Assembly (NCBI GenBank): GCA_002269645.1
Contig: NIVC01000562.1
Coordinates: 62,001 to 126,000, forward strand
Source of the DNA: Macrostomum lignano
Lineage: Eukaryota
Direction: 5' to 3'
DNA length: 64,000 nucleotides
The position numbers and the translations under genes are program-made. Positions 12,042 to 24,200 of this stretch are shown piece after piece. Below the pieces are notes generated by a model. That model was not told where the DNA came from, did not search any database, and saw only the letters and a program-made list of their open reading frames with translations. How positions within the stretch are numbered: the stretch's first letter is position 1; every line of letters starts with the position of its first letter.

Positions 12042-13652
12042 GGTTATGCCGAGACTTATAGCGAGTAGCCTGCTGACTGTTGCTATGGCCTTTGCTAGTT
12101 AATGAATTTAGACTTAGCTTGGCGCACTTACTGCAATGTACATTTGTATGTAAACATAAATTCAGATAAATTGTAATAGAAGTTGAATGTACTTCTGTAA
12201 AAATTGCTTAAAGGTCAGCTTTATATACTCAACAGAAAATGATTTAGTACAAAGATAAGCCAACTATAAAGCTTGAACACATGTCTAAGACAATTGAATA
12301 CCATATAACTCTGCACTAAGTCTGCTAAATTTGATATTAGAAAAAAACAATCATAGCAATTGAATTTTAGGGCTTATATTAAGACAAGTGCTTTAAAATG
12401 CTATTTTTAGTGAGAATGAATCAAGGAACTAAATCATCATAATAACTTAAATAGTTTATAAGAGTATACTAAAAAAGGAAAATAAAGATCTTAGAACTAT
12501 TTTAGTATAAGTGGGTAGAAAATGTATTAATCAAATATTCTAGATCTTTCTATTATTATATCCAAAGCTACATGTATAATAATATAGCCCATTGACTTGT
12601 GCCAAAACTTTAAGAAGATTTTTAGACAATTAGTCAAAATGCCTTCCTTTATATCCCCTTAGAGAAAATCAGATATTATTTTCCTTATCTAATAATACTA
12701 AAGTCTAATTTACAAGCCTAGATATGGCACTAAAATACTACAAGCATAGATTCCTTATTTGGATTTTAGCCTTTAGATAAAAAATATCTAGCCAATGATA
12801 ACTAGTCATGTCTAGACTTATTTTGGCATTACAGTTTAAGGTCTTAGATGTCAAATAGTATTATAATGCTTATGAAAGACTAGAAATATTCAGAAATAGT
12901 TATCACTACTACTGTTTTTTTATCTTGTTAACAATAAATTTTATTGGTAATAAAAATGCTATATTATTATCATATTTCTTTTTGCAAAAAATCATACTTA
13001 GTACCTCTTAGAACATAGATCTTGGCTTTCACTTATTTCTATTATGCTACAATAAGATTGGCACCATCTATAACACTTGCTTGTTATAAACCTAAAGGGG
13101 AAAAGAAAAAATAAAACCTTTAATTGAATTATTTCCATTAAAACCAACTTTTTTATCAAAATGACCTAGTTTTAGCACTTCTAATAGTGGCATAAAATAG
13201 CAACATAGAATAGCAACATGACAAAAGATATAATATAATATAAAAATATGGTATAACAATAATATATAACAATAAGGTGCAATGTAACAGCACAGCATGG
13301 AAAGATATAGCAACAAGGTAGGAAAAGACATAACTAGGGCTTGGTCTATCCTAAGCTTGTCAAATGATCTTCCCTACTCATAGCATAGTTAGGCCTAGCC
13401 AATATAAATCAGGGGGTTGCTAAATATAATATTACTAAATAAATAAATCAAATAAGAAATCTATATTTAGATAACTATATCCCATCCATATATACCCCTA
13501 ACTATAATTATATGTCTAAAAACCTCTATATCCATAATTTCTGTTAGCAAAAATTTTGGTTTTCTGCTTATCAGCTTATAAACCAATTTGGCTATGGCAT
13601 AGAATGTTGATTTTTAATTCTATCTTTTAATCATCACAATTGTGGCCAAAAC

Positions 13653-14051
13653 GGTTTCCAGTTGATTTTTCTGCCGCCAATTTATCTGCTCAGCAGATGA
13701 ATTGGTTTGTAACCTTTTGACTAGGCCTACTTATCTGCTACGGCAACCAATGAAATTAGGCCTACTCCTACCACTTCTTAGTGTCTTCTTCATTACATGG
13801 CATCCATCCCAGCTAAATGCTTTGTGTACAATTTTAATAATAATAAAGCCATCATTTCAATAAGATGATCTTGTATGCAAAAATAGTTCTAGGGATTGCA
13901 TGGAATTCCATAGCTTCAACAGCTTGCATACTATATACAAATGACAAATATTTTCTGCTCTTCTTCTATTCTTATTGGCTAGCAGACCAATTTGTTTGCC
14001 AATTTGTCCATGCAGCAGACGAACTTGTGGCAGACAAATTGACTGGCATCC
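13653..14051. mobile_element. Old MULE-like foldback MITE
   Basis: Imperfect inverted ends GGTTTCCAGTTGATTTTTCTGCC and inverse GGATGCCAGTCAATTTGTCTGCC; flanks GCCAAAAC and ACCAAAAC. Confidence 0.5.
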
Positions 14052-14874
14052 ACCAAAACAGCCTACTATATAAAGGCTAGCCAAACTAGTTTATATTATA
14101 GACAAAATAGTTTTGAAAATTAGCATTGAAAAGCTAAATATAATTTAAAATTACATACAAGAAAATTAAATAACACTTCTTTATTTGTACAAACAATATC
14201 CAAATTGGATACTCATATTTTAATTCTATGCAAATAGAAGCATTAGGAACACATGAAGAATTCTAAGCAAGTTAAAACCAAAAAGGATTAGTAAAACAGC
14301 CATAGCTTTGGTTGGACTCAACCCAGACCCTGCTGTGTATACTGAGTTTGGGACTAACTAGGCCTCTACCTCTAAAAAAGTCAAAGTAGTATTATTTATA
14401 TTAACTTATAATATTATAATATTAACTAAAAAGTACATGAATTATGGGTAAAAAAACATAGAAAAGTCTAGTTAGGTCTAAACATAAAAATAAAGATCTA
14501 AAGATTCAAAAATAGAAAGTACTCACAGTACTTATGTCTTAAGTCTTTGGCGCTTAGGCTAGTCTACTATATATAACTAAAAAAACTAAATTAAAGCTAG
14601 TGTTTGGGTTTAGATATCACGCGTTGAAGTATTTAGAGTTAATAATTAAAAATATGTCTTTTTTATTTCAGAGGTAGATTTTCTCTTTTTTTAACACCAA
14701 GTATGTTAATTTAGTACCATAAATACAAAACTATAGATAGCATTTTTGTTATGCTTTTACTCTAACCGTTGCGTATGTAAAGAGCAATTTTCAAATTAAT
14801 TATTTCGATTTTTTGCATGTCAAGCGCTGCAAAGAGGCTGCTTTTTTCTGGATTCAGCCGACTTAAATTTTAAA

Positions 14875-17800
14875 ATGAGTATAGTCGCTGAGATAAGCGT
14901 ACGGGATAAAGAGTTTATAGCAGACTTAAGAAAACAGATTCAGCTCGATTTTTCAAATATTGAAGAACTTACAAAAGCAAGAGAGTATGAAATCTACAAG
15001 GAGGCCTTTGACAAGGTATGGTTGCCTATTTTTGTTGTCTTGTCAAATCCTACACTATCATGCTTTTGAAAGAGAAAAATTGTGCGAAAAAAACATTAGT
15101 GCCCACCCTATATGAGCAAACTTCTCACTAATGTCGGAAAAGCTATAGAGATTAATTTAATATAACTTTAGAATTTTTATCCGAAAATACTGTATAGGTA
15201 AACTTTTATAGTACTTCTTTAATTCGTGAAACTGTCTCCGCTAATTTAAAGTTGCAAAGTACATGTGTGCATTGAATCATAATACTACTTAAAAGTAAGA
15301 CTAGACTACAGATGTTTGTCTGCGACTATACATTTCGATGTTTCAAGAGTCTTTGTAACTACTAGTTTGTTTTTTATCTGAAAAGCCTTATTATGTCTTT
15401 GTCATGATTTTGATTTGCAATAATCGAGTCTATAAAAAATTAAAATCCTTCCAGATCATTAGCTATGTGACGTCATACCGACCACTATTGACAGCAATAA
15501 AGGCCGAGTATGAAGAAGTGGTGGACTCTATTGTCCGTGGTCACCGAGAAGCACAAAGTCTTGAAATGAAAGTGGAGAGCATCGCCGCTGTTGTTCCAAA
15601 TTTGCAGAACTACAAGAAACGCTGCGATGAACTGGAAAGTCGGTAAGTAATTCTATTAACAACATTCTTCGAAGTAAATAAATGAATAATAAATAATTAA
15701 ATAAATGATCTCTAAATTAAATATTCCTTCGTTCTAGCATCAACTCGCTAAAGGCGCAGGAGCAACAAGCACAGGCAAGAATCAACGCACTACGCGAGGC
15801 CCGTCTGCAGGCTCGCGAGCGGCACCGCCAAGAGTTGGAGGCACGCGAGGCGGCCAGGAAAGCGAAGCCACCACTGCGGCGACGACTGCCGCCGGGTGTG
15901 TCAACTGCATCATAATATCTTTTTTAATGTCCCCTATTATTAATTTAAAATTAAAAACCATTTCGAACTCCCTGAAGGCATGACCCTTGACGAAGTCACA
16001 GACGCAGCCAGCCTAGCGGCCGAGAAGACCCGAGTAGACCGCCAGCTGAGGCAGCTGCGTCACAAGGCGGAGACGCAATACGTTAGCCGTGAACGCACCG
16101 ACCAGCTGCGCCAGAGTCTGCTAGAAAAAATCAAACGCAAGGAGGAACTGGAGGCGTCACTGCAAGTTGAACAACTTCGCCAGCAGATTGTTCGGCTGGC
16201 GAGCCGGGCCGCTGAAGAGTTTGAGGAGGGCCGCAGCCCGCCCGGATACAGCCTGGCCGGGACTATCCTGCTGGCGGCTCGGCAAAATTGGGCCAACGTG
16301 CGTTGTCGACCAGCTGCTGGTGGCGACCTGGCGGACAAAGGTGGGCATGTACAATTAAATGAAGGTAGACAAGACTACCGAATTGAGGAGTGTAGGTCGG
16401 AGGCAGAGTAGACGATACATGCTAGATAAAGGTACATACCCTCTGGCGTAGCCAGGATTTCCATGGGACTCTGTCAGTAAAAGGTTTCCAACCCCCGCCC
16501 GTAACACAGTGCCGGACAGCAATGCCGACGTCACCGGAGCTGATCCAGCCCGACAGGCTGAGGCTGACAACGCCGCCGAGTGCTTAGACAGGTTCCGTGA
16601 ACTCCTGGCCGCAGGCGATCTGCCTGCGGCGGCCAGTCACGCTGCCAACAGTTTCCGGGGCCTGCTGCGCACCATGGATGTGCTGCAAAAGTTTAGACAC
16701 CTGGAGGCCCGCTGCCCCGGTCTGCTGCTGGCCTACTGCGAGGCCCTGCTGGCCACCGTGCCGCTCTACGAGGGCCGACTAGGCGCCGAATTGAGCTTCG
16801 AGTGTGTCGCCGAGGCTCTGGCTAGGTAAACACTGCAGCTCATTTCTCATTCCGTGCATTGAATTTGCGACGCTTTATGTTGACACTCTGTGTGAGCGTC
16901 TGCCAGCGTCCGTATCGGTGTGCGTGCTCAAGGGTCAGCGGAATGCGGGCTGACTGCAGGTCCACTGTCGCTTTGATTTGAGCAGCACCCAAAGACCTCC
17001 TGCAAAGTAACTGACTAATGAACAAAGTCCTCATCTAACTGTGCCATTGGAAATGAGAACTTTTTTTATTACGTAAATATAAATATAAATACGCCCGAAT
17101 TTACTATCCTGTAGTCAGCAGATTCAACCGCAACTAAGGCACTGATTGTAACTCAATAAAATTCATTCAGAGATCGTGTTGACCTGGTTGAGCACTGGAC
17201 AACCAACGACCTGCTGACGCTTACTGAGCCGATTGGCGACCTGTTAGCGGATCACGGAGACTGCCGACCAGGCCAGGTTTGTGTTTGTCTCTTTGGGTTT
17301 CTACATGAGTTTCTTAAGGAAAACAATCAGACCAAGTTTCGCTAAATCTACGAGATAATCTTCCAGGCGCATAGAAGCTTCGAACTTGCTCACGTTGTTT
17401 TCGACCGAACTGCCGCGACCGCTGCCGACGCCGGATCAGCCTCGGGCGTCCGCGCTGTCGAGTGCCTGGTGCGCGCCGGCCGCGCTGAAGCTGCCGTTGC
17501 CTACGGCGTAGCAACGGTCGGCTTGGACGCCGGGCAGTTCCGCCAGCTGCTGCAGCGGCAGCCGAGCGTCGAGCTGGCTTTGCACCTCGTTGGCTACGGC
17601 TGCCTGACGGTGGGGGACGCCATCGGCTGCTTCTTCGCCATGGAGGCCTGGGTGGAGCTCGGCTGGCTGGCTGACTCGCTTATCCAGAGGGTGGCGGAGG
17701 AGTCCGGTGAGCTGCCGAGGGGCAGGGGATCGCGTTGCGGTGTCTGGGGCTCTGAAGCTCTTGAGAGAGTAAGGCCTCAGTGAGTGGGGAGGGGACAGCA

Positions 17801-18517
17801 TCCTCAGTGAGTGGGGAGGGGACAGCATCCTCAGTCAGTGGGGAGGAGACAGCATCCTCAGTGAGTGGGGAGGAGACAGCATCCTCAGTGAGTGGGGAGG
17901 GGACAGCATCCTCAGTGAGTGAGGAGGGACAGCAGCCTCAGTGAGTGGGGAGGGACAGCAGCCTCAGTGAGTGAGGAGGGACAGCAGCCTCAGTGAGTGG
18001 GGAGGGACAGCATCCTCAGTGAGTGAGGAGGGACAGCAGCCTCAGTGAGTGGGGAGGGACAGCAGCCTCAGTGAGTGGGGAGGGGACAGCATCCTCAGTG
18101 AGTGAGGGGGGACAGCAGCCTCAGTGAGTGGGGAGGGACAGCAGCCTCAGTGAGTGAGGAGGGACAGCAGCCTCAGTGAGTGAGGAGGGACAGCAGCCTC
18201 AGTGAGTGGGGAGGGGACAGCATCCTCAGTGAGTGAGGAGGGACAGCAGCCTCAGTGAGTGGGGAGGGACAGCAGCGCAATACAATTTCATGTGTGTCCT
18301 ATGCCTGACATCAATTTTCGCAGGCCTGATGACTCAACAGGCGGCACTCAAATTGATGGAGGACAACGCCGAAGTGCCAGCCTCCGTGTGGACGGAGATC
18401 GCTCGCCAGGCGCCCGAGGACATGCGACACCTCAACGAGTTGTTCACCTCGTCCGTGGTGTTCGACGCATTCAACAGGTCCTTGTCCACCATGCAGCGAG
18501 AGTTTTCACTGCACTGA
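14875..18517 (+). CDS. CLHC1: Clathrin heavy chain linker domain-containing protein 1, ~601 aa; join(14875..15015,15455..15642,15738..15895,15978..16340,16510..16825,17171..17276,17367..17706,18324..18517)
   Basis: Spliced product has AFDKIISYVTSYRPLLTAIKAEYE, PGMTLDE, LDRFRELLAAGDLPAAASHAANS and RVDLVEHWT, matching the recalled order of CLHC1 motifs. GT-AG junctions sum to 1806 nt, in frame. Confidence 0.82.
17775..18274. repeat. G-rich minisatellite, 27-29-bp unit (CCTCAGTGAGTGGGGAGGGACAGCAG), CLHC1 intron 7
   Basis: Direct inspection. Confidence 0.95.
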
Positions 18518-18968
18518 CATAGCTTTGACGAAGCTTGACGAAAGCTTATACCTATTTTTGCTATATGTTGTATCCTACTCGAAAATTAGATATAGACGAC
18601 TGATCAAACTAGAGCCATGCGCTTTTTCTATTGCCTTGAATAAATATTCGTAATTAGGAGCGTAATTTCCTATCAAAAGCAGAAAATACTGATGCAAAAG
18701 GAAACCAACTGTTTGTATCGACGAAACGACAACACAGTCTATATGCGACCGTATATTTTAAATACAAACGCTTTATATATCAGTTTCGTCGTCTCATTTG
18801 ATGGGTTCAAGTTGTAACAAAGATAATAAAAATGATGCCAACGATGTGCCTGATAACCTTCGAGTTTGTAGTAAATATTGGTATGTACAATAGACACTAA
18901 AGCATTGCACTCAGTCGTACTCATAGTAGGATGATAAGTCGCATCACGGATCACATTTCAGTCAGCCA

Positions 18969-20389
18969 TCATGGCCCGAACTTGGTCATACTCCAGCTCT
19001 CGTAGTTGTTGCAGTTGTCGCTGAAACAGAAACACCGCTGCATGATGGAATGAGAGCCCAGGTTTTCAACGCATCTGCCGTTGTGAAATCGACTGTCCAC
19101 TTCTTCTTCCATGCAGAAACGACTGATCACGAGGGTCACTGCGGGCAGGGCAGGGCAGGGCGTTTTTGCTGGCGATTTCTGACAGGAGACTTAAAATAAT
19201 ATGAACATTAAGGCTTGACTAACGAGAGACCAGGTAGAGGTCCCTCTATAAACTAGGTAGAGGTCTCATACATAGGCCAGGTACAGGTCCCTGTATAGAG
19301 AGGCCATGTACATGTCCCATAGACAGGCCAGGTACAGGTCCCTGTATAGAGACACACCAGGTACATGTCCCATAGAGAGGCCAGGTACAGGTCCTATAGG
19401 GAAACCAGCTAGAGATACCGGTAGGAGAGAGGTCAGATCAGATCAGATAGCATCATGATCATGTAAAAAAGCAAGTTTGAAGCCATTATTTCTCGCAGCT
19501 CACCTTGACTTTCATCGCCGCCCCTTGGCTTTCTATGATGATTCTCGCTCCAGGTGACATAGGTGCCGCAGGCTTTGCACATCTTCTTAGTGATTGGCAG
19601 CCGGTTGATTGGTACAATGATCCAATTCCTAGTTTTAGTCTCTGGATCCTCCGTATACTCTTGGCATTGCACTCGTGCTCCGGTCTCGCCTCGAAACACG
19701 TTGCACTCGTAGCAGCTGAAGTTGCCGCCTCGGTCATTGCTGGACGGCGGCCGGCGAGCCTGAGCCGGAGCTGGGAACAAAATACGTTTTGGACAGTTCA
19801 AGTGTCTAAAATGAACTTTTTAGTAAGGCCTTATAGCTGAGTTTCTCTCCTAGAAGTGAGTATGCCAACTTCCATTAGCAACATGGGAAACACGGCAAAT
19901 GAAGACATTGTGCTAAATCCATTGGGTCCGAGCTAGATACTCGTACGTAGAATGATTGGATGCTCAATGGGATTCTACACTCTTTATCAGTTCAATAATG
20001 GTATCTAGGCTCGTAATAGAGAAACTGCCGCCACTTCACCAAGCCGCTTCCCTATTTTTTCAAGCGGAATTTAAACTTTTTTTCGCTTGAGTTATGACTT
20101 CTATTGCACTATTCTGTTATAAGTTATCATCATCCAATAATTGAATCGAGTTTCCAATTAGGTCGCATTGTTAGGGTCAGGGTTAGCGTTGAATCGTGAA
20201 GTCAAGCAGCATCTAGGAGTATTATGACAGCTGTTTCCATTTGTACACCATAAGTTTACCACTCATAGTTGAACATAAACCAGCAAAAAATGGAGCACGC
20301 CATTGTTCGAGCTCACCAAACTGCAGAGCAATAAGCAGCGCTCCTGTGCAGCACGCTAGAAGAAGATTTGCAGCATTTAAATTCTTCAT
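18969..20389 (-). CDS. Secreted three-finger (Ly6/uPAR, Quiver/Sleepless-like) protein, 169 aa; complement(join(18969..19138,19504..19770,20317..20389))
   Basis: Exon 1 encodes a signal peptide (MKNLNAANLLLACCTGALLIALQF). Mature part has 10 Cys, starting CYEC and ending CFCFSDNCN. Two phase-1 GT-AG introns; total 510 nt in frame. Only partly visible in the ORF track. Confidence 0.78.
19225..19410. repeat. Degenerate tandem repeat (AGGCCAGGTACAGGTCCC...ATAG) in intron 2 of the three-finger gene
   Basis: Direct inspection. Confidence 0.7.
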
Positions 20390-21371
20390 TTCCACGTTCG
20401 AGTAAGCTAGCTAATGCAATTTATGCGCTCTCTTCTATTTTTCTTTAATGCCCGTGTTTAAAAACTAGAGCCAAGCGCTAACGAGCACATTCTGTCGTGA
20501 AGTGGGGTAAGGCAAGACCCAGGGTCTCTCGTTAAGCCTTATCTTGCCCGCGTCTGAGTCATGCAACAGGCAACTCGGAGTCCGAGTAATAGGCCTGCGC
20601 TATCAGCCAGCTACACTGAGAGATTAGCCGCTCTCAGACCTTCGGTTAGGCACCTACGCTCGTGTAGTTAAAACTATGCAACTCAGTGAATGTACATACA
20701 CACCGAACTGTACGGCCCAGGATGGCTGGGGCTGATAAGAGGATACAAGCAATTCGGAATTCTTTACTTGCTAAAACGGCTACACAAGTTCGTTTACCAA
20801 CGGGAGAGGCTCTAGAAGGCTAATAAACAGTACCCTAATAAGGCCATGAGGCGTAGATTAAAAGCAGCACAATGATACAGTCAGCTGTGATTCACTGAAA
20901 TAACTTGCGCGTTGCTAAGCGCGAGCATTTCCGTCCCAACATCGATAGCAAGCGTTTAAACCCCCGGAAATAATGCGACGTAGCGAGCGCAAAGTGATGC
21001 TTAACGCTTTGAAAAATACGGCTACACTTATAAGTACGCGATAGCCTTGCATGGTATGGGGCTTGCTAATTGAGAATATTGTTGTTTTTGAACGCAGTAT
21101 GCAATGATTTATTTAGCTAATTATTTACAATTCACATTATTCAATACGAACTTTACTCATTATAGAAATTTATTGTTATTGAAACAGAGTTCAACGCATC
21201 AGATCAAGGTTGTTAATTTCTTATTGCTTCTATATGGCTGTCAGTTTCTGCATACTGAATATTGAAATAACTTCAGCGAAACCATACCAAATGGAAAGAA
21301 TGTGTCCATGACAAAAAACACAAATAAGAATACGTGGAAAAGTAAAAACATTGTTGCCAGCACGAATCGGT

Positions 21372-23768
21372 TCAGGATGTGGGACTCAAAGCCTCAGATT
21401 CTTTTTTGAGGATGTCGAACCACTCGTGCAGGTGCGAGGCCTCTCGCTCCGAGGACCGCAGACTCGATTCATCCGTCATGCGCAGCCGGCAGGTGCTGAT
21501 TATGCCGTTCGATGAGGTCACATTCAGCTGAATCTCCGACGCGTCTTCGAGCATTTCAACAGTCAAGTTCATCGGCAGAACCACCGTGTGTCCCGCCACG
21601 AAGTCGTTTTTCATTCGGTAGATGTTCAACAGCGAATTTTCTACTGTGCACCACATTTTCACCCAGTGAACCCGCAGGAAGCCGGGTGCCTTCTCCTTCT
21701 TTTCTTGTTTCACGTCAACGCGCACGTTGAGGTAGCCCTGGATGACGGCCGCTCTGGCGTCGCTGTTTCGCTTGTTAAATTTGTCAATCAAATCCCGGTG
21801 CTTGGAGTCCAATGGCCAATTGGTGCAGTCTCGCCTGTTGATTCGGTCCCTGCAGAAGAAGCAGGCCCGTTTGGGTTCGTTTTTGGCCCAGGCCACCGGG
21901 CATTCGTACTTACTGCAGCCGCCGCAGAAGATTCCGCCGCACAGTCGACAGTGGTGCCGGCGTCGCACTACATTAAAGTTGATGTTGCACGCTTGACACT
22001 GTGAGACGTCTTGATCCTTCAGCTTCATCGGCTGTTTCCTGCCCAGATCCTCGTCTTTGAAAGTCTTCCAGGGAAATTTCTCGTCATCGGGGTTCGAATC
22101 ACCGAATGTGACGTTTAGTCGCTTGAAGCCGGCGATCCACTGATCGAATTCGTCTAGAGTTCCAAAAGAAATGTCGTAGGTCTTCTGCTGCGTTTTCAGG
22201 CGGATGCAGTTTGGATAATCGGCACTCAGCTTCTCGTCCAGAGTCAGCACCAAACTGCTGTCGACCGGGATGACCATCTGCACGGTCTTCCAGTTGAGAG
22301 CCGACACCTCGCAAAGCAGCAGCATCGTGGAGGACAGGATTAGAAAGCGAATCTGCTGGCGATTCTTTGACGAGATCTTCAAAACCTTGGCGCTCATTAG
22401 GTACTGGGAACACATGAAGTTCATCTTCGCTTCTTGCAGCTCGGCAGGAAAGATTACTTCAGCCAGGATATCCAACAGCTTCTTCATGCTCTCCACCTCT
22501 GACATTTTCACGTTGAAGCCGTCTGTCACCTTCTCTATGATGGCGAGCGCTTGCTTGGCGCGCTCGTAGTCCGAGTGGTTGGTGCCGATCTCTTTCAAGT
22601 AGCGAGACATGAGCATCGGGTAGCGGAGCGGGCGCTGCACCGGCTCAAGCATGTGGCTCGTCACGTCCAGCATGCGGTCGGCGGCCTCCGGGCAGTCGTT
22701 GCGCGCACGCTGAAAGGCCGCCTTGCAGGCTTCGTCATGCATCCACTCGCTAATCTGGTTCAGGTGCTGCTTGTATTTCAAGTAATAGGTGGAGTACAAT
22801 AGCAGGTGTTTCCCGTACTTTGCCATCACTGGGCCAAGACGAAACCTACTGATGTCACCGTCAGCTTCTCGACTGACTTTCTCAACTTCCATCAGCAGCT
22901 CCTGGTGCAGCTTCTTGAAGGTTTCAAACTCCTGAAAGATATCACTCAGCTGGCCAGCCAGGTGAGGCAGATCTGCGCTCACTCGAGGATAGTAATGATC
23001 TGACAAGAGCTCCATTCGCCGAATGTACTTCTTCTCCGTAGAAATCAATTCTTCAAGCGCGTTTGCGCAAGCGAAATTCTGCGCCGCCGCCGCATTCATC
23101 GCCGCTTCGGCATCGGCAGCTGAATCTGAGCCTCCAAAAATGTCCTCGCTGTAGAATGTCTTTCGCAGGTCCAGTTTTGGCGACTGGCTTTCCTCTTTGA
23201 TGTCGGAAAGATCGCTGCCGGCCGAGTCGCTGGCGGCCACCGAGTTGGTGGACGCCGAAAGCGCGTTGCCCACCGTAGACACGGGCAGCGATGACGATGG
23301 CTTCGTCACCGACGACTCCGACTCGTGGCGGCGCAGCGCCATCCGCGCTGCCAGCGCCGGCGACTTCGGTGGCTTCTGAGGCTTTGGCGCCGGCCTCGGC
23401 TTCAACATGCCGGCACCAATGGCGGAAGTTGAGTTCTGAGCAGGCGCGGCGGCGGTCTGAGATGGTGGAACCAGAAATTGCGAGTTGTTCAGCCGGCTGG
23501 TGACCTTGTTCGACAGCATGATGAGGTGAGCAGGCTCCTGGATCACCATTAGATGCAGGTGACAGGTCTGTTCGGCCTCATCAATGCTCAGGAATCTGGT
23601 ATTGTTGCACCAAGTCTGCTGAAAATTCTTCAGATCCTCAATCAGATTGCGAATGGGTTGCTCCTGGCCTTCGGAGAGGCACCGCGAGAGGCCAGAGTCC
23701 AGCGCCTCCTTAATCGTCGACAGCTTGCTGTTGCTGATGCGGTTGCTATGGTGAATGACCAAGCGTTT
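21372..23768 (-). CDS. FYVE, RhoGEF and PH domain-containing protein (FGD family; DH-PH-FYVE-PH), one large exon; true 5' end uncertain (acceptor at 23769/23768)
   Basis: DH: ALEELISTEKKYIRRMELL and LEPVQRPLRY. FYVE: CQAC...RRRHHCRLCGGIFCGGC...RACFFC. PH-like segments flank the FYVE. The ORF-track start is TTG, not ATG. Confidence 0.88.
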   Translation of the reverse strand, partial: KRLVIHHSNRISNSKLSTIKEALDSGLSRCLSEGQEQPIRNLIEDLKNFQQTWCNNTRFLSIDEAEQTCHLHLMVIQEPAHLIMLSNKVTSRLNNSQFLVPPSQTAAAPAQNSTSAIGAGMLKPRPAPKPQKPPKSPALAARMALRRHESESSVTKPSSSLPVSTVGNALSASTNSVAASDSAGSDLSDIKEESQSPKLDLRKTFYSEDIFGGSDSAADAEAAMNAAAAQNFACANALEELISTEKKYIRRMELLSDHYYPRVSADLPHLAGQLSDIFQEFETFKKLHQELLMEVEKVSREADGDISRFRLGPVMAKYGKHLLLYSTYYLKYKQHLNQISEWMHDEACKAAFQRARNDCPEAADRMLDVTSHMLEPVQRPLRYPMLMSRYLKEIGTNHSDYERAKQALAIIEKVTDGFNVKMSEVESMKKLLDILAEVIFPAELQEAKMNFMCSQYLMSAKVLKISSKNRQQIRFLILSSTMLLLCEVSALNWKTVQMVIPVDSSLVLTLDEKLSADYPNCIRLKTQQKTYDISFGTLDEFDQWIAGFKRLNVTFGDSNPDDEKFPWKTFKDEDLGRKQPMKLKDQDVSQCQACNINFNVVRRRHHCRLCGGIFCGGCSKYECPVAWAKNEPKRACFFCRDRINRRDCTNWPLDSKHRDLIDKFNKRNSDARAAVIQGYLNVRVDVKQEKKEKAPGFLRVHWVKMWCTVENSLLNIYRMKNDFVAGHTVVLPMNLTVEMLEDASEIQLNVTSSNGIISTCRLRMTDESSLRSSEREASHLHEWFDILKKESEALSPTS

Positions 23769-23939
23769 CTGAGGAGTACGAGAGGGGTGTTGAATGACAG
23801 GTGAAGCAGGCCTAAGAGTCTGATGCTGAAGTCAACTGCGAACTGAATAAGAAACAGTAGTTAATCCTGGACTTCGATTAGCACCAGTTGCAGTTAATAC
23901 GTGGATAATTATGAATGTAATTCTAACTCCTATCTTGGG

Positions 23940-24200
23940 GTAGAGTGGCTCAAGGGTTAGGCTCTGGCGCCACGACCTCTGGCTCGATTCCGTGCGCGGC
24001 CATCACCGCGTTCGTAATTTGAAGCTTGTGAGTAAAAACTTGGCCGGGGGTTGGTTGTGCGATTCACACCCATGAGGGATAGGCCAATATGAGCGTGTGC
24101 ATGAGTGCGTGCCTGTGTACAGTACTGGGGCGCTGGCATGTGCTCAGGAGTCAGCGGAATGGGCAGAATTGCCTCAGCGCTGGTTTTGGGTCAATGTCGC
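23940..24200 (+). mobile_element. tRNA-derived SINE family A copy
   Basis: A box TGGCTCAAGGGTTAG, B box GGCTCGATTCC; 3' body TGCTCAGGAGTCAGCGG...GCAGAATTGCCTCAGCGCT matches 42770-42810. Confidence 0.7.

Noticed and set aside
17768-17775. AGA|GTAAGG as the CLHC1 exon 7 donor
   Set aside because: Phase 0 does not match the phase-1 acceptor at 18323; the 17706 donor keeps the frame.
20390-21371. FGD plus three-finger gene as an operon
   Set aside because: Same strand and ~1 kb apart, but no pyrimidine-rich acceptor upstream of the three-finger ATG.
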